Origin: an uncultured Planctomycetota bacterium
GTDB lineage: Bacteria; Planctomycetota; PUPC01
DNA length: 38,519 nt
Assembly: GCA_964490295.1 (NCBI GenBank)
Contig: CAZBCO010000195.1
Span: 1 to 38,519, forward strand
Reading direction: 5' to 3'
In this document: positions 20,184-28,100 of the stretch, one piece after another
Layout: every line of letters begins with the position of its first letter
Numbering within the stretch: the first letter of the stretch is position 1
Made by a program: the position numbers and the translations under genes
Notes under the pieces: generated by a model
What the model was told of the DNA's origin: nothing
Seen by the model: only the letters and a program-made list of their open reading frames with translations
Database searches by the model: none

Positions 20184-20675
20184 ATGCGCCATCGAAAATC
20201 ATACCGCAAGCACGGTCGCCGTACCTCGGCCCGCATCGCCCTGATGCGCAGCCTGGTCCTTGGCCTCTTTATGGCCGAGCCGACCGACACCCATGCGGAG
20301 CGAATCATTACCACCGTCCCCAAGGCCAAAGACGCCCGACGGATGGCCGACCGCCTCGTGACCCTCGGCAAAAAGGGCACCCTGGCCGCCCGCCGCCGAG
20401 CCTTGGAGGTGCTGCCCAACAAGCGCGCCGTGCGGAAGCTCTTTGAAGAGATCGCCCCGCGCTACGCCGACCGCCAGGGCGGCTACACCCGCATCCTGCG
20501 GCTGGGCAAAAACCGCGTGGGCGACGACGCCTCGCAGTGTCTGCTCGAGCTGGTCGGCCTCAGCGAGGCCGGCGAAGCGGCCCCGCAGAAGCCCGTGGTA
20601 GCCGACGACGTCGAGCCGGCCACGCCGCCGGCCACGGAGCCGGCGGAGAGCGCCGACGACAAGCCCCAAGGCTGA
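20184..20675 (+). CDS. rplQ: 50S ribosomal protein L17 (acidic Pro-rich C-terminal tail)
   Basis: MRHRKSYRKHGRRTSAR..., TTVPKAKDARRMADRLVTLGK, RQGGYTRILRLG. Confidence 0.95.
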   Translation: MRHRKSYRKHGRRTSARIALMRSLVLGLFMAEPTDTHAERIITTVPKAKDARRMADRLVTLGKKGTLAARRRALEVLPNKRAVRKLFEEIAPRYADRQGGYTRILRLGKNRVGDDASQCLLELVGLSEAGEAAPQKPVVADDVEPATPPATEPAESADDKPQG

Positions 20676-20683
20676 CGGACGGC

Positions 20684-20712
20684 TTGACAAAACCGCGACG
20701 GGGGAGTAGCTT
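20684..20712 (+). promoter_or_regulatory. Possible promoter for tRNA-Val
   Basis: TTGACA (20684-20689), 17-nt spacer, TAGCTT (20707-20712). The -10 element is weak. Confidence 0.3.
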
Positions 20713-20757
20713 GGTAGGGCTGGCGGGAACGTCGGCGCGGACAACGAAGACAGGTCC

Positions 20758-20835
20758 GGGCGATTAGCTCAGCTGGTTTAGAGCGCTTGCTCGACAAGCA
20801 AGAGGTCACTGGTTCGAATCCAGTATCGCCCACCA
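20758..20835 (+). tRNA. tRNA-Val (anticodon GAC), CCA encoded
   Basis: Hand-folded cloverleaf. Acceptor GGGCGAT/ATCGCCC. D arm GCTC/GAGC. Anticodon stem CTTGC/GCAAG with loop TCGACAA (anticodon 20793-20795). T arm ACTGG-TTCGAAT-CCAGT. Discriminator A plus CCA. Confidence 0.88.
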
Positions 20836-20970
20836 ACCTTCGCCCCGGAACCTTGAGGTCGTCTCGCCACCGGGCGCAGACCCCTCGGCCCTCCGAGAGC
20901 GAAGCGTAAACTCCCCGAACGAAACCGGCACCGTGCCGCGGGGGCTTGGCAGGTTTTACAAGGAGTCCTG

Positions 20971-22914
20971 TTGGTCAACATACGGCTGCCCGACGGCCAG
21001 AGCAAAGAGTACCCCGACGGAACCCCCGTCCAAGCCGTACTCGCCGACAATCATTCGGGCGCACAAGTAACCGCGATCGCGGCGAAAATAAACGGCGAGG
21101 CCTCCGACCTCAGCCGGTCGATCAACGCGGATTGCTCCGTTGAGCCGATTGTCCCTCAGAGCGCCGAAGGCCTCGAAATCCTCCGACACAGCGCGTCCCA
21201 TGTCATGGCCCAGGCGGTCTTGAAGCTCTGGCCCGACGCCAAGCTGGCCATTGGCCCCGCCACCGCTGACGGGTTCTACTACGACCTGGAGATGACCCAC
21301 CGCTTGGTCGAGGACGATCTGCCCGCCATTGAGCGCGAGATGAAGGCCCTCGTCAAGCAGAAGACCCCCTTCGTGCGGGCCGAACGCCCGGCGGCGGAGG
21401 TCCTCCGTGACGCGCAGCAGGCGGGCAACCCCTACAAGGCCGAGCTGGTCCAGGGCCTCATCGATGCGGCCGTCGCCCGCGGCGAAGCCCCCGAAGCCTG
21501 CACCGTCAGCACCTACACCAACGGCGATTTTGTGGACCTCTGCCGGGGGCCGCACGTGCCCACCACCGGCCATATCGGGGCCTTCAAGCTGCTCTCCATC
21601 GCCGGGGCCTACTGGCGCGGCGACGAAAAAAATAAGATGCTCCAGCGCCTCTACGGCACCGCCTTCCCCACCCGCGAGGCGCTCCGGGATTATCTGGAAA
21701 TGCTGGAGGAGGCCAAACGACGCGACCATCGCCGCCTGGGCAAAGACCTCGACCTCTTCTCCACCGACGAGCTGGTCGGCCCCGGCCTGGTGCTGTGGCA
21801 CCCCAAGGGCGGGCGCATCCGCTCTCTGATCGAGCAATTCTGGCGCGACGCCCATTATGCCCACGGATACGACATCGTTTACACCCCGCACATCGGGCAA
21901 CTGGATCTGTGGGATACCAGCGGCCACACCTCGTTCTATCGCGACAACATGTACGCGCCGATGGAGGTGGACGACCGGCAGTATCAGATCAAACCGATGA
22001 ACTGCCCCTTCCACATCGCCATCTACAAGAACAAGCGGCACAGCTACCGCGAGTTCCCGTTGCGCTGGGCCGAGCTGGGCACCGTCTATCGCTATGAGAA
22101 GGCCGGCGTGCTGCACGGCCTGCTGCGGGTGCGCGGGTTCACCCAGGACGACGCCCACGTGTTCTGCCGCCCCGACCAGTTGGCCGACGAAATCCAGCAC
22201 GTCCTCGACTTCACCCTCTATATCCTGCGCACTTTCGGGTTCCACGATTTCGACATCGCGCTCAGCACCCAGCCCGACAAGTTTGTGGGCGAGCAGGAGA
22301 ACTGGGACCGGGCGACCGAGGCCCTGAAAGCCGCCCTGCAAAACAGCGGGCTGGACTTTGTCGTCCAGGAGGGCGAGGGCGCCTTCTACGGGCCAAAGAT
22401 CGACGTCAACATCCGCGACTCGCTCCGTCGTGTCTGGCAGTGCTCGACCATCCAGGTCGATTTCAACATCCCCGAGCGGTTCCGGATGCGTTACACCGGA
22501 GCGGACGGCGAGGAGCACCAGCCCATTATGATTCACCGGGCGCTGATGGGTTCGGTCGAGCGGTTCTTCGGCTGCCTGGTCGAACACTACGGCGGGGCCT
22601 TCCCGCTCTGGCTCGCCCCGGTGCAGGCGGTCATCGTCCCCATCACCGAGCGCCAGCACGAGCGGGCCGAGGCGGTCCGGCGGCAGTTGGCCGAGGCGGG
22701 CTTCCGCGTCGAGAGCGACAGCCGCAGCGAGAAGATGGGCGCGAAAATCCGCGAGCACACCACCCATAAGGTGCCGTATATCCTGGTCATCGGCGACCGC
22801 GAGGCCGAGTCCGGCGAAGTCGCCGTCCGCCGCTATAAGGTGGGCGACCAGGGAGTCATGGCGGTCGAAGCCTTGATCCGTTCGATGGCCGATGAGGTGG
22901 CGGCCAAGGCATAA
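20971..22914 (+). CDS. thrS: Threonine--tRNA ligase
   Basis: 647 aa. TGS-like N-terminus MVNIRLPDGQSKEY. Motifs RHSASHVMAQAV, LCRGPHV, RRDHRRLGKDLDLF, KPMNCPFHI, RVRGFTQDDAHVFC, FYGPKID. TTG start 5 nt after AGGAG. Confidence 0.96.
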   Translation: MVNIRLPDGQSKEYPDGTPVQAVLADNHSGAQVTAIAAKINGEASDLSRSINADCSVEPIVPQSAEGLEILRHSASHVMAQAVLKLWPDAKLAIGPATADGFYYDLEMTHRLVEDDLPAIEREMKALVKQKTPFVRAERPAAEVLRDAQQAGNPYKAELVQGLIDAAVARGEAPEACTVSTYTNGDFVDLCRGPHVPTTGHIGAFKLLSIAGAYWRGDEKNKMLQRLYGTAFPTREALRDYLEMLEEAKRRDHRRLGKDLDLFSTDELVGPGLVLWHPKGGRIRSLIEQFWRDAHYAHGYDIVYTPHIGQLDLWDTSGHTSFYRDNMYAPMEVDDRQYQIKPMNCPFHIAIYKNKRHSYREFPLRWAELGTVYRYEKAGVLHGLLRVRGFTQDDAHVFCRPDQLADEIQHVLDFTLYILRTFGFHDFDIALSTQPDKFVGEQENWDRATEALKAALQNSGLDFVVQEGEGAFYGPKIDVNIRDSLRRVWQCSTIQVDFNIPERFRMRYTGADGEEHQPIMIHRALMGSVERFFGCLVEHYGGAFPLWLAPVQAVIVPITERQHERAEAVRRQLAEAGFRVESDSRSEKMGAKIREHTTHKVPYILVIGDREAESGEVAVRRYKVGDQGVMAVEALIRSMADEVAAKA

Positions 22915-22958
22915 CGGGGCCAAGCCCCAGGAGGTGAGACACGGCAGAGAAAAAAGGC

Positions 22959-23453
22959 TTGAATATCAATGACGAGATCGAGGCCAGCCGCGTGCGGCTG
23001 ATCGGCTCGGACGGCGAACAGCTCGGCGTGGTTCCCATCGATGAGGCCCTGAGAAAAGCCTCGGAGGCCACCGTGGACCTGGTCGAGGTCAGCCCCGAAG
23101 GCGACCCGCCGGTCTGCAAGTTGATGGACTACGGCAAATACAAGTACAAGATCAAGCGTCGTAAACAGCAGGCCAAGACCAAGTCGCATGTCACGCATAT
23201 CAAAGAGATTCGGCTGCACCCCAAGACCGGTCAGCACGATATCGACTATCGGCTGAACCAGGCCCGTGATTTCCTGGCCAAGGGCGACAAGGTGCTGGTC
23301 TCGGTCATCTTCAGTGGCCGCGAGATGGCCCATATCGACCTGGGCCGGGAGCTGCTGGACCGCGTTTCGGAGCAGATCGCCGACGCGGCCAAGCTGGAAC
23401 TTCCGCCGAAGCGCGAAGGGCGCCGGTGGACGATGATGTTGGTGTCAAAATAA
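22959..23453 (+). CDS. infC: Translation initiation factor IF-3
   Basis: NINDEIEASRVRLIGSDGEQLGVV..., DLVEVSPEGDPPVCKLMDYGKYKY, IKEIRLHPKTGQHDIDY. Non-ATG start: TTG 22959 is the only canonical start after the in-frame stop at 22935. Confidence 0.92.
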   Translation: MNINDEIEASRVRLIGSDGEQLGVVPIDEALRKASEATVDLVEVSPEGDPPVCKLMDYGKYKYKIKRRKQQAKTKSHVTHIKEIRLHPKTGQHDIDYRLNQARDFLAKGDKVLVSVIFSGREMAHIDLGRELLDRVSEQIADAAKLELPPKREGRRWTMMLVSK

Positions 23454-23576
23454 CGCGGCCCGTGACAGCTCTGCCGCATGTGCGGCCTCCGCACCGCGCG
23501 GAACCGGCCGCATACTCGACAGGATTGTCGCCCCGGAGTTGGGGCGCAGGGTTCGGAACCATACAGGAGAAGACCA

Positions 23577-23774
23577 ATGCCTAAGCAGAAGACCCACAAG
23601 GGCCTCGCCAAGCGTGTCCGGGTCACCAAGACCGGCAAAGTGATGCGTGGCCAAGCCGGCGCTCGACACTTGTTGTCAACCAAGAGCGGCAAACGCAAGC
23701 GACAATTACGCAGTACGGCCAGCGTGGCCGCTGTGGACGAAGCCCGGATTAAGCGCGCCTTGCTCGGCAACTAA
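23577..23774 (+). CDS. rpmI: 50S ribosomal protein L35
   Basis: MPKQKTHKGLAKRVRVTKTGKVMRGQAGARHLL. Tracked ORF (23478) trimmed to the ATG after AGGAGA. Confidence 0.93.
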   Translation: MPKQKTHKGLAKRVRVTKTGKVMRGQAGARHLLSTKSGKRKRQLRSTASVAAVDEARIKRALLGN

Positions 23775-23789
23775 CCTAAAGGAGGCCCC

Positions 23790-24146
23790 ATGCCCAGATC
23801 AACCAATCTGCCGGCCCGTAACCGGCGTCGTAAACGGGTGCTGAAAGAAGCCCGTGGCTATTTCGGTGCTCGCAGCACCCAGTACAAGACCGCCGCCAGC
23901 GCCGTCGAGCGCGCCAAGGCCTATGCCTTCCGCGACCGCAAGCGCAAAAAGCGCGACTACCGACGCCTGTGGGTCACCCGCATCAGCGCCGCCTGCCGGA
24001 TGCGCGGCATCAACTACAGCTCCTTCATGAACGCCCTGAAAACGGCCGGCATTGAGATCAACCGCAAGATGCTTTCCGAGATCGCCATCGGCGATGCGCT
24101 TGCGTTTGACCGCCTGGTCGAAACCGCCAACGCCGTGAAAAAGTAG
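23790..24146 (+). CDS. rplT: 50S ribosomal protein L20
   Basis: MPRSTNLPARNRRRKRVLKEARGYFGARS..., AYAFRDRKRKKRDYRRLWVTRISAA. Confidence 0.96.
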   Translation: MPRSTNLPARNRRRKRVLKEARGYFGARSTQYKTAASAVERAKAYAFRDRKRKKRDYRRLWVTRISAACRMRGINYSSFMNALKTAGIEINRKMLSEIAIGDALAFDRLVETANAVKK

Positions 24147-24152
24147 GGTGCC

Positions 24153-25175
24153 ATGCTGGATCGCCTGAACAGTTTGCGTGAGGAGGCGCTCGCCGCCATC
24201 GACGCGGCGGGCGACGACGAGGCCCTGGAAGCCGTCCGCGTCGCCTACCTGGGGCGCAAGGGGCGGCTCAAGGACCTGATGGGCGGCTTGTCACAGCTCT
24301 CGGCCGACGAGCGTCCCGCCGCCGGCCAGCGGGCCAACCAGGTCAAGCAGGACATCACCGCGGCGTTCGAGGCCCGCCGGAAAGCCCTGGCGAGCGATCA
24401 GCCCCAGGCCGTCGGCCCGGCGTTCGACGTCACCGCCCCCGGAACGCCGCGCACCCTGGGCAGCATCCACCCCATCACCCAGGTCTACGACGAGATGGTC
24501 GAGGCTTTCACCCGGCTGGGGTTCGAGACCGCCTACGGGCCGGAGATCGAGGACGAGCGCCATAATTTCGACGCGCTCAATATCCCCCCGGACCACCCCT
24601 CGCGGGACGGGTTCGATACCTTCTACATCGAGGACGGCACCTCCGACCACCTGCTGCGCAGCCACACCTCACCGGTGCAGGTGCGGGTGATGGAGTCGCG
24701 GCAGCCGCCCATACGCATCGTCGCGCCCGGCAAGGTCTTCCGCCCGGACACCGTGGACGCCAGCCACTTTCCCATGTTTCATCAACTGGAAGGGCTGTAC
24801 GTGGACGAGGGCGTGTCCTTCGCCGACCTCAAGGCGGTGTTGACCATGGCGATGCAGACCATTTTAGGGGCGGAGACCCGAACCCGGTTCCGCCCGTCGT
24901 TCTTCCCGTTCACCGAGCCGAGCGCCGAGGTCGATGTCTCCTGTCCGTTCTGTAGCGGCCGGGGGTGTTCCACCTGCGGCCAGTCCGGGTGGCTCGAAGC
25001 CCTGGGCGCGGGAATGGTCGATCCCGCCGTCTTTCGGCACGTCGGCTATGACCCGGAGCGTTGGACCGGCTTTGCCTTCGGGATGGGCATCGACCGCATC
25101 GCCATGCTCAAGCTGGGTATTCAAGATATCCGCCTGTTCTTCGAGAACGACATCCGTTTCCTCAAGCAGTTCTAA
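24153..25175 (+). CDS. pheS: Phenylalanine--tRNA ligase alpha subunit
   Basis: 340 aa. Motifs HPITQVYDEMVEAFTRLGF, FDALNIPPDHPSRD, LLRSHTSPVQVR, GKVFRPD, FHQLEGL, FRPSFFPFTEPSAEVDV, GAGMVDP, GFAFGMGIDRIAML. Confidence 0.96.
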   Translation: MLDRLNSLREEALAAIDAAGDDEALEAVRVAYLGRKGRLKDLMGGLSQLSADERPAAGQRANQVKQDITAAFEARRKALASDQPQAVGPAFDVTAPGTPRTLGSIHPITQVYDEMVEAFTRLGFETAYGPEIEDERHNFDALNIPPDHPSRDGFDTFYIEDGTSDHLLRSHTSPVQVRVMESRQPPIRIVAPGKVFRPDTVDASHFPMFHQLEGLYVDEGVSFADLKAVLTMAMQTILGAETRTRFRPSFFPFTEPSAEVDVSCPFCSGRGCSTCGQSGWLEALGAGMVDPAVFRHVGYDPERWTGFAFGMGIDRIAMLKLGIQDIRLFFENDIRFLKQF

Positions 25176-25190
25176 GCGGAGAGACCGAAC

Positions 25191-28100
25191 ATGCTGCGCC
25201 TCATGAACCAAATGACCGAGAAGCACGGGAAGCTGTTGCTGGTGGTCCTCGCCGCCTTCCTGATGGTGGTGTTCCTCATCCCGGACCAGTTCAGCGCCCC
25301 GCCGGAACCGTCGCTGGGGACCTTGTACGGCGACACCATACACGAAGCCTCGGTTCAGGCGATGAACACCCGCTGGCGCCGCATGGGGCTGCGGCCCATC
25401 GGACGCGACCACGAGGACACCGTCCGCAACATGTACGATTCCTACCTGCTGCTGCTGGCCGCCCGCCGGCACGGCGTCCGCGTCGGCCCCAAGGTGATTG
25501 AGGAGGCCCTCCGCCACGAGCCGGCCCAAACCCAACGCATCGAATATGTTCTGGCTGACCCCGAAGCCCTGGCCGGCCAGATCGAACCCTCGGACGCCGA
25601 ATTGCGCGCCTGGTACGACAAACATCGGGCGGACCAGACCGACAGCTTCGAAGACGCCCGCGCATCGGTGCTTCAGGAGGTGCGGCAGGAGCGGGGCCGC
25701 GAGATGGCCCGCCGCAAGATTCAGGAAGCGCAAGCCCGGATCGCCGCGGCCCCCCTGCAGGGGCATGAACAGCGGAGGGCGTTCCGCGCCGCCGCCGAGA
25801 CCACCGGCCTCACTTATGAACAGACCGAGCGTCCCTTTACCGAAAAATACGCGGCCCAAGCCCTGCCCGACCTGGCCCTGAGCTTCGTCTCCACCAGCTC
25901 CAACCAGCCGGGCGACCACGGCCTGCCGCCCGAATTCAAGAAGGCCCTGTTCAACATCCCCGTCGGGCAACCCTCCGAGGTGATGCGCTCCGGCGACAAG
26001 CTGTTCGTCTTCCGCGTGGTCGAGGCCACGGCCGGCTTCAACGCGGAGGGGAAACTGGCGCTCCGGGACTTGGGGTGGTCGATCGACCGCTTCGCGGTGA
26101 TTCGCCAATATGCCAATTACGAAGCGTTGTTCCGGGATAAGATTCGGCTGGAGCCGTCCGAGGCGGCCCTGGCGGTGAACGAGCATATGACCGTGCAGAA
26201 ATATCTCCGGCTGGTCTGCGGCGGTTCGGCCCAGGCGACGCTGGTCACCGAGGATATGCTCGAGCAGCTGCTGGCTTACGAGAATGAAGAGGTCAGCGCC
26301 GTGGCGGCCCGTATCCCCATCGCCCCTTTCCAGAAGGCCGAGACCCCGGACGAAGCCCAACTGATCGCCTACTACAACAGCCGGCGGCGCGTACCCCAGC
26401 ACCCCGACGTGCCTAATTTCGGCTACCTGCGGATGGAAACCATTCAGATCGAATATGTGCTCGCCCCGCAAAAGCGCTTTGAGGAGCAGGCCCGAAGCAG
26501 CATCAGCGACGAGCAGATCCGGGCCTACTACGAGCGCCACAAAGACACCAAGTTCGCCCGGGCCGACGACCAGGGGGTCAAGGCGTTCGCCGAGGTGCGC
26601 AGCGAGATCGTGCGCGACCTTCGGCAGGCCGCGGCCTCCACCGCCGCGCGCGAGGTGTTGGCCGACCTCATGCGCCGCGCCCAGACCTCGGCGGGTGCCG
26701 TGCGGCCGCTGAAGCCGCTGGCCGATAAGCTGGGCCTCGAATACCGCGTCAGCCCGTTCTTTGCCCAACACGAAATCAAGTCCATGGTGCCCGAACTGGC
26801 CGACGCCGAGACCTTTGCCGAGCAGGCCTTCAGTAAGGGCCTGCGCCCCTACACGACCCCGCTTCCCGAAGGTGGGGAAATCAAAATCCACCCCTTCAGC
26901 CCCGTGCTCGAAAGCCAGGGAGCCCAATTCATCTTCCGCCTCCGCGCCTACCGCGACCGACAGGCGCCCGAATACTCGGAGCTGGACGAGGCGGCTCGCC
27001 AGCAGGTGGTCCGGGATTATCGGCAGGTGCAGGCCGTGCAACGTGCGCTTGAGGCGGCCCGCTCGATACGCGCCGAGATCATGAGCGAAACGCTCGCGGC
27101 CATCGCCGCGGAAAACGGGCTGGAAGTCCACCGGGCGGTAATCAAGGCCGCGCCCGACGCCGAGGCCCCGTCACCGGTGCCTCCCACGCTGCGCGAGCAC
27201 GTGGTCCGCGAGATGAAGGCCGTGCCCGGCGAAACCGCGGTGCTGTTCAAGGACGCCGACGCCTGTTACTCCGTGGTGGTCACCGCCATCGGCAAGGCCA
27301 TCGACGAGACCCACATCGCCTATCTCCGCTTCGACCCGAAAGCGATGCTCAGTTCGGTGGAGCCTGACCCCAGCGAGGTGGCCGAGCGGGCGCAGGACAT
27401 CCGGGAAAAGCTCAACGCCGAGTCCTCCGGCGACTCCGAAACGCCGGAAACGAAGCCCAGCGAACCCACCGCCGAGGACCTGGCCCAGGCGCGGGCCGCT
27501 CTCGTCGCCGAACGCCGCGCGCTGCCTATCGAAGCCCGTTACCCGGACTATTTCCAGCAGCGTCTGGTCCAAGCCTTCCGTTCGCACATCGCCTCCACTC
27601 CTTTGGAGTTCGACCAAGAGGTTCGGCTGGACGTGGCCTCCCCGGATTTCTTCCATATCGACGATACCGCCCCGCTGGGCGGCGATGCCGCGTTGATCCG
27701 CGCGGCGTTCGGCCTGCAACGCGGCGAGCTGAGCGGGCCGGTGACCGGCGACCACAGCGCGGCCGTCATGTGGCTGGAGGCCGACACCACGCGCGACGAG
27801 GTCAAGGTGGAGATGATCTCGGTGCGCCCCAGCCAGTACGATCCGTTGAACGTGAAGGTCAGCGACAAGGACGCCCGGGCCTACTACGAAGCCCACACCG
27901 CCGAATTCGCCACCCCGCCCCGCGCCCGCGCGGAGTATCTGTTCGCGTCCTTCCGCAAGGTTGCCGCGGCCTTCGAGGCCGAAATTTCGGAAGAGGCCAT
28001 CGCCACCTACTACGAAGCCAACCGGGCGGAGGCCTATGCCAACCGGCCGCTGGACGACACGCTGAAGGGCACCATTCGCAGCCTGCTGGCCCTGAACCGG

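Noticed and set aside
15677-20202. Minus-strand ORFs of 421, 374 and 516 aa opposite adk/map, rpsK/rpsD and rpsD/rpoA
   Set aside because: They are antisense to conserved genes, with biased Arg/Gly/Ala/His/Leu content and no motifs. They are GC-driven absence of stop codons.
20836-20970. Possible T-box or tRNA-mimic operator upstream of thrS (and likewise upstream of pheS and argS)
   Set aside because: I found no specifier-loop/T-box consensus and no Thr anticodon-like stem-loop by eye. Only trivial 5-bp hairpins are present, and the spacers before pheS and argS are too short.
20956-22923. 655-aa minus-strand ORF opposite thrS
   Set aside because: The plus-strand product is a full-length, motif-complete ThrRS. 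The antisense ORF is a shadow ORF.
5664-23576. N-terminally extended versions of tracked ORFs (rpsJ 5664, rplB 6893, rplE 10812, rpsH 11350, rplF 11996, rplR 12397, rpsE 12899, infA 17077, rpmI 23478)
   Set aside because: The extensions overlap the preceding conserved gene in another frame and have shadow-like sequence. Internal starts with an SD, lying right after the upstream stop, reproduce the canonical N-termini.
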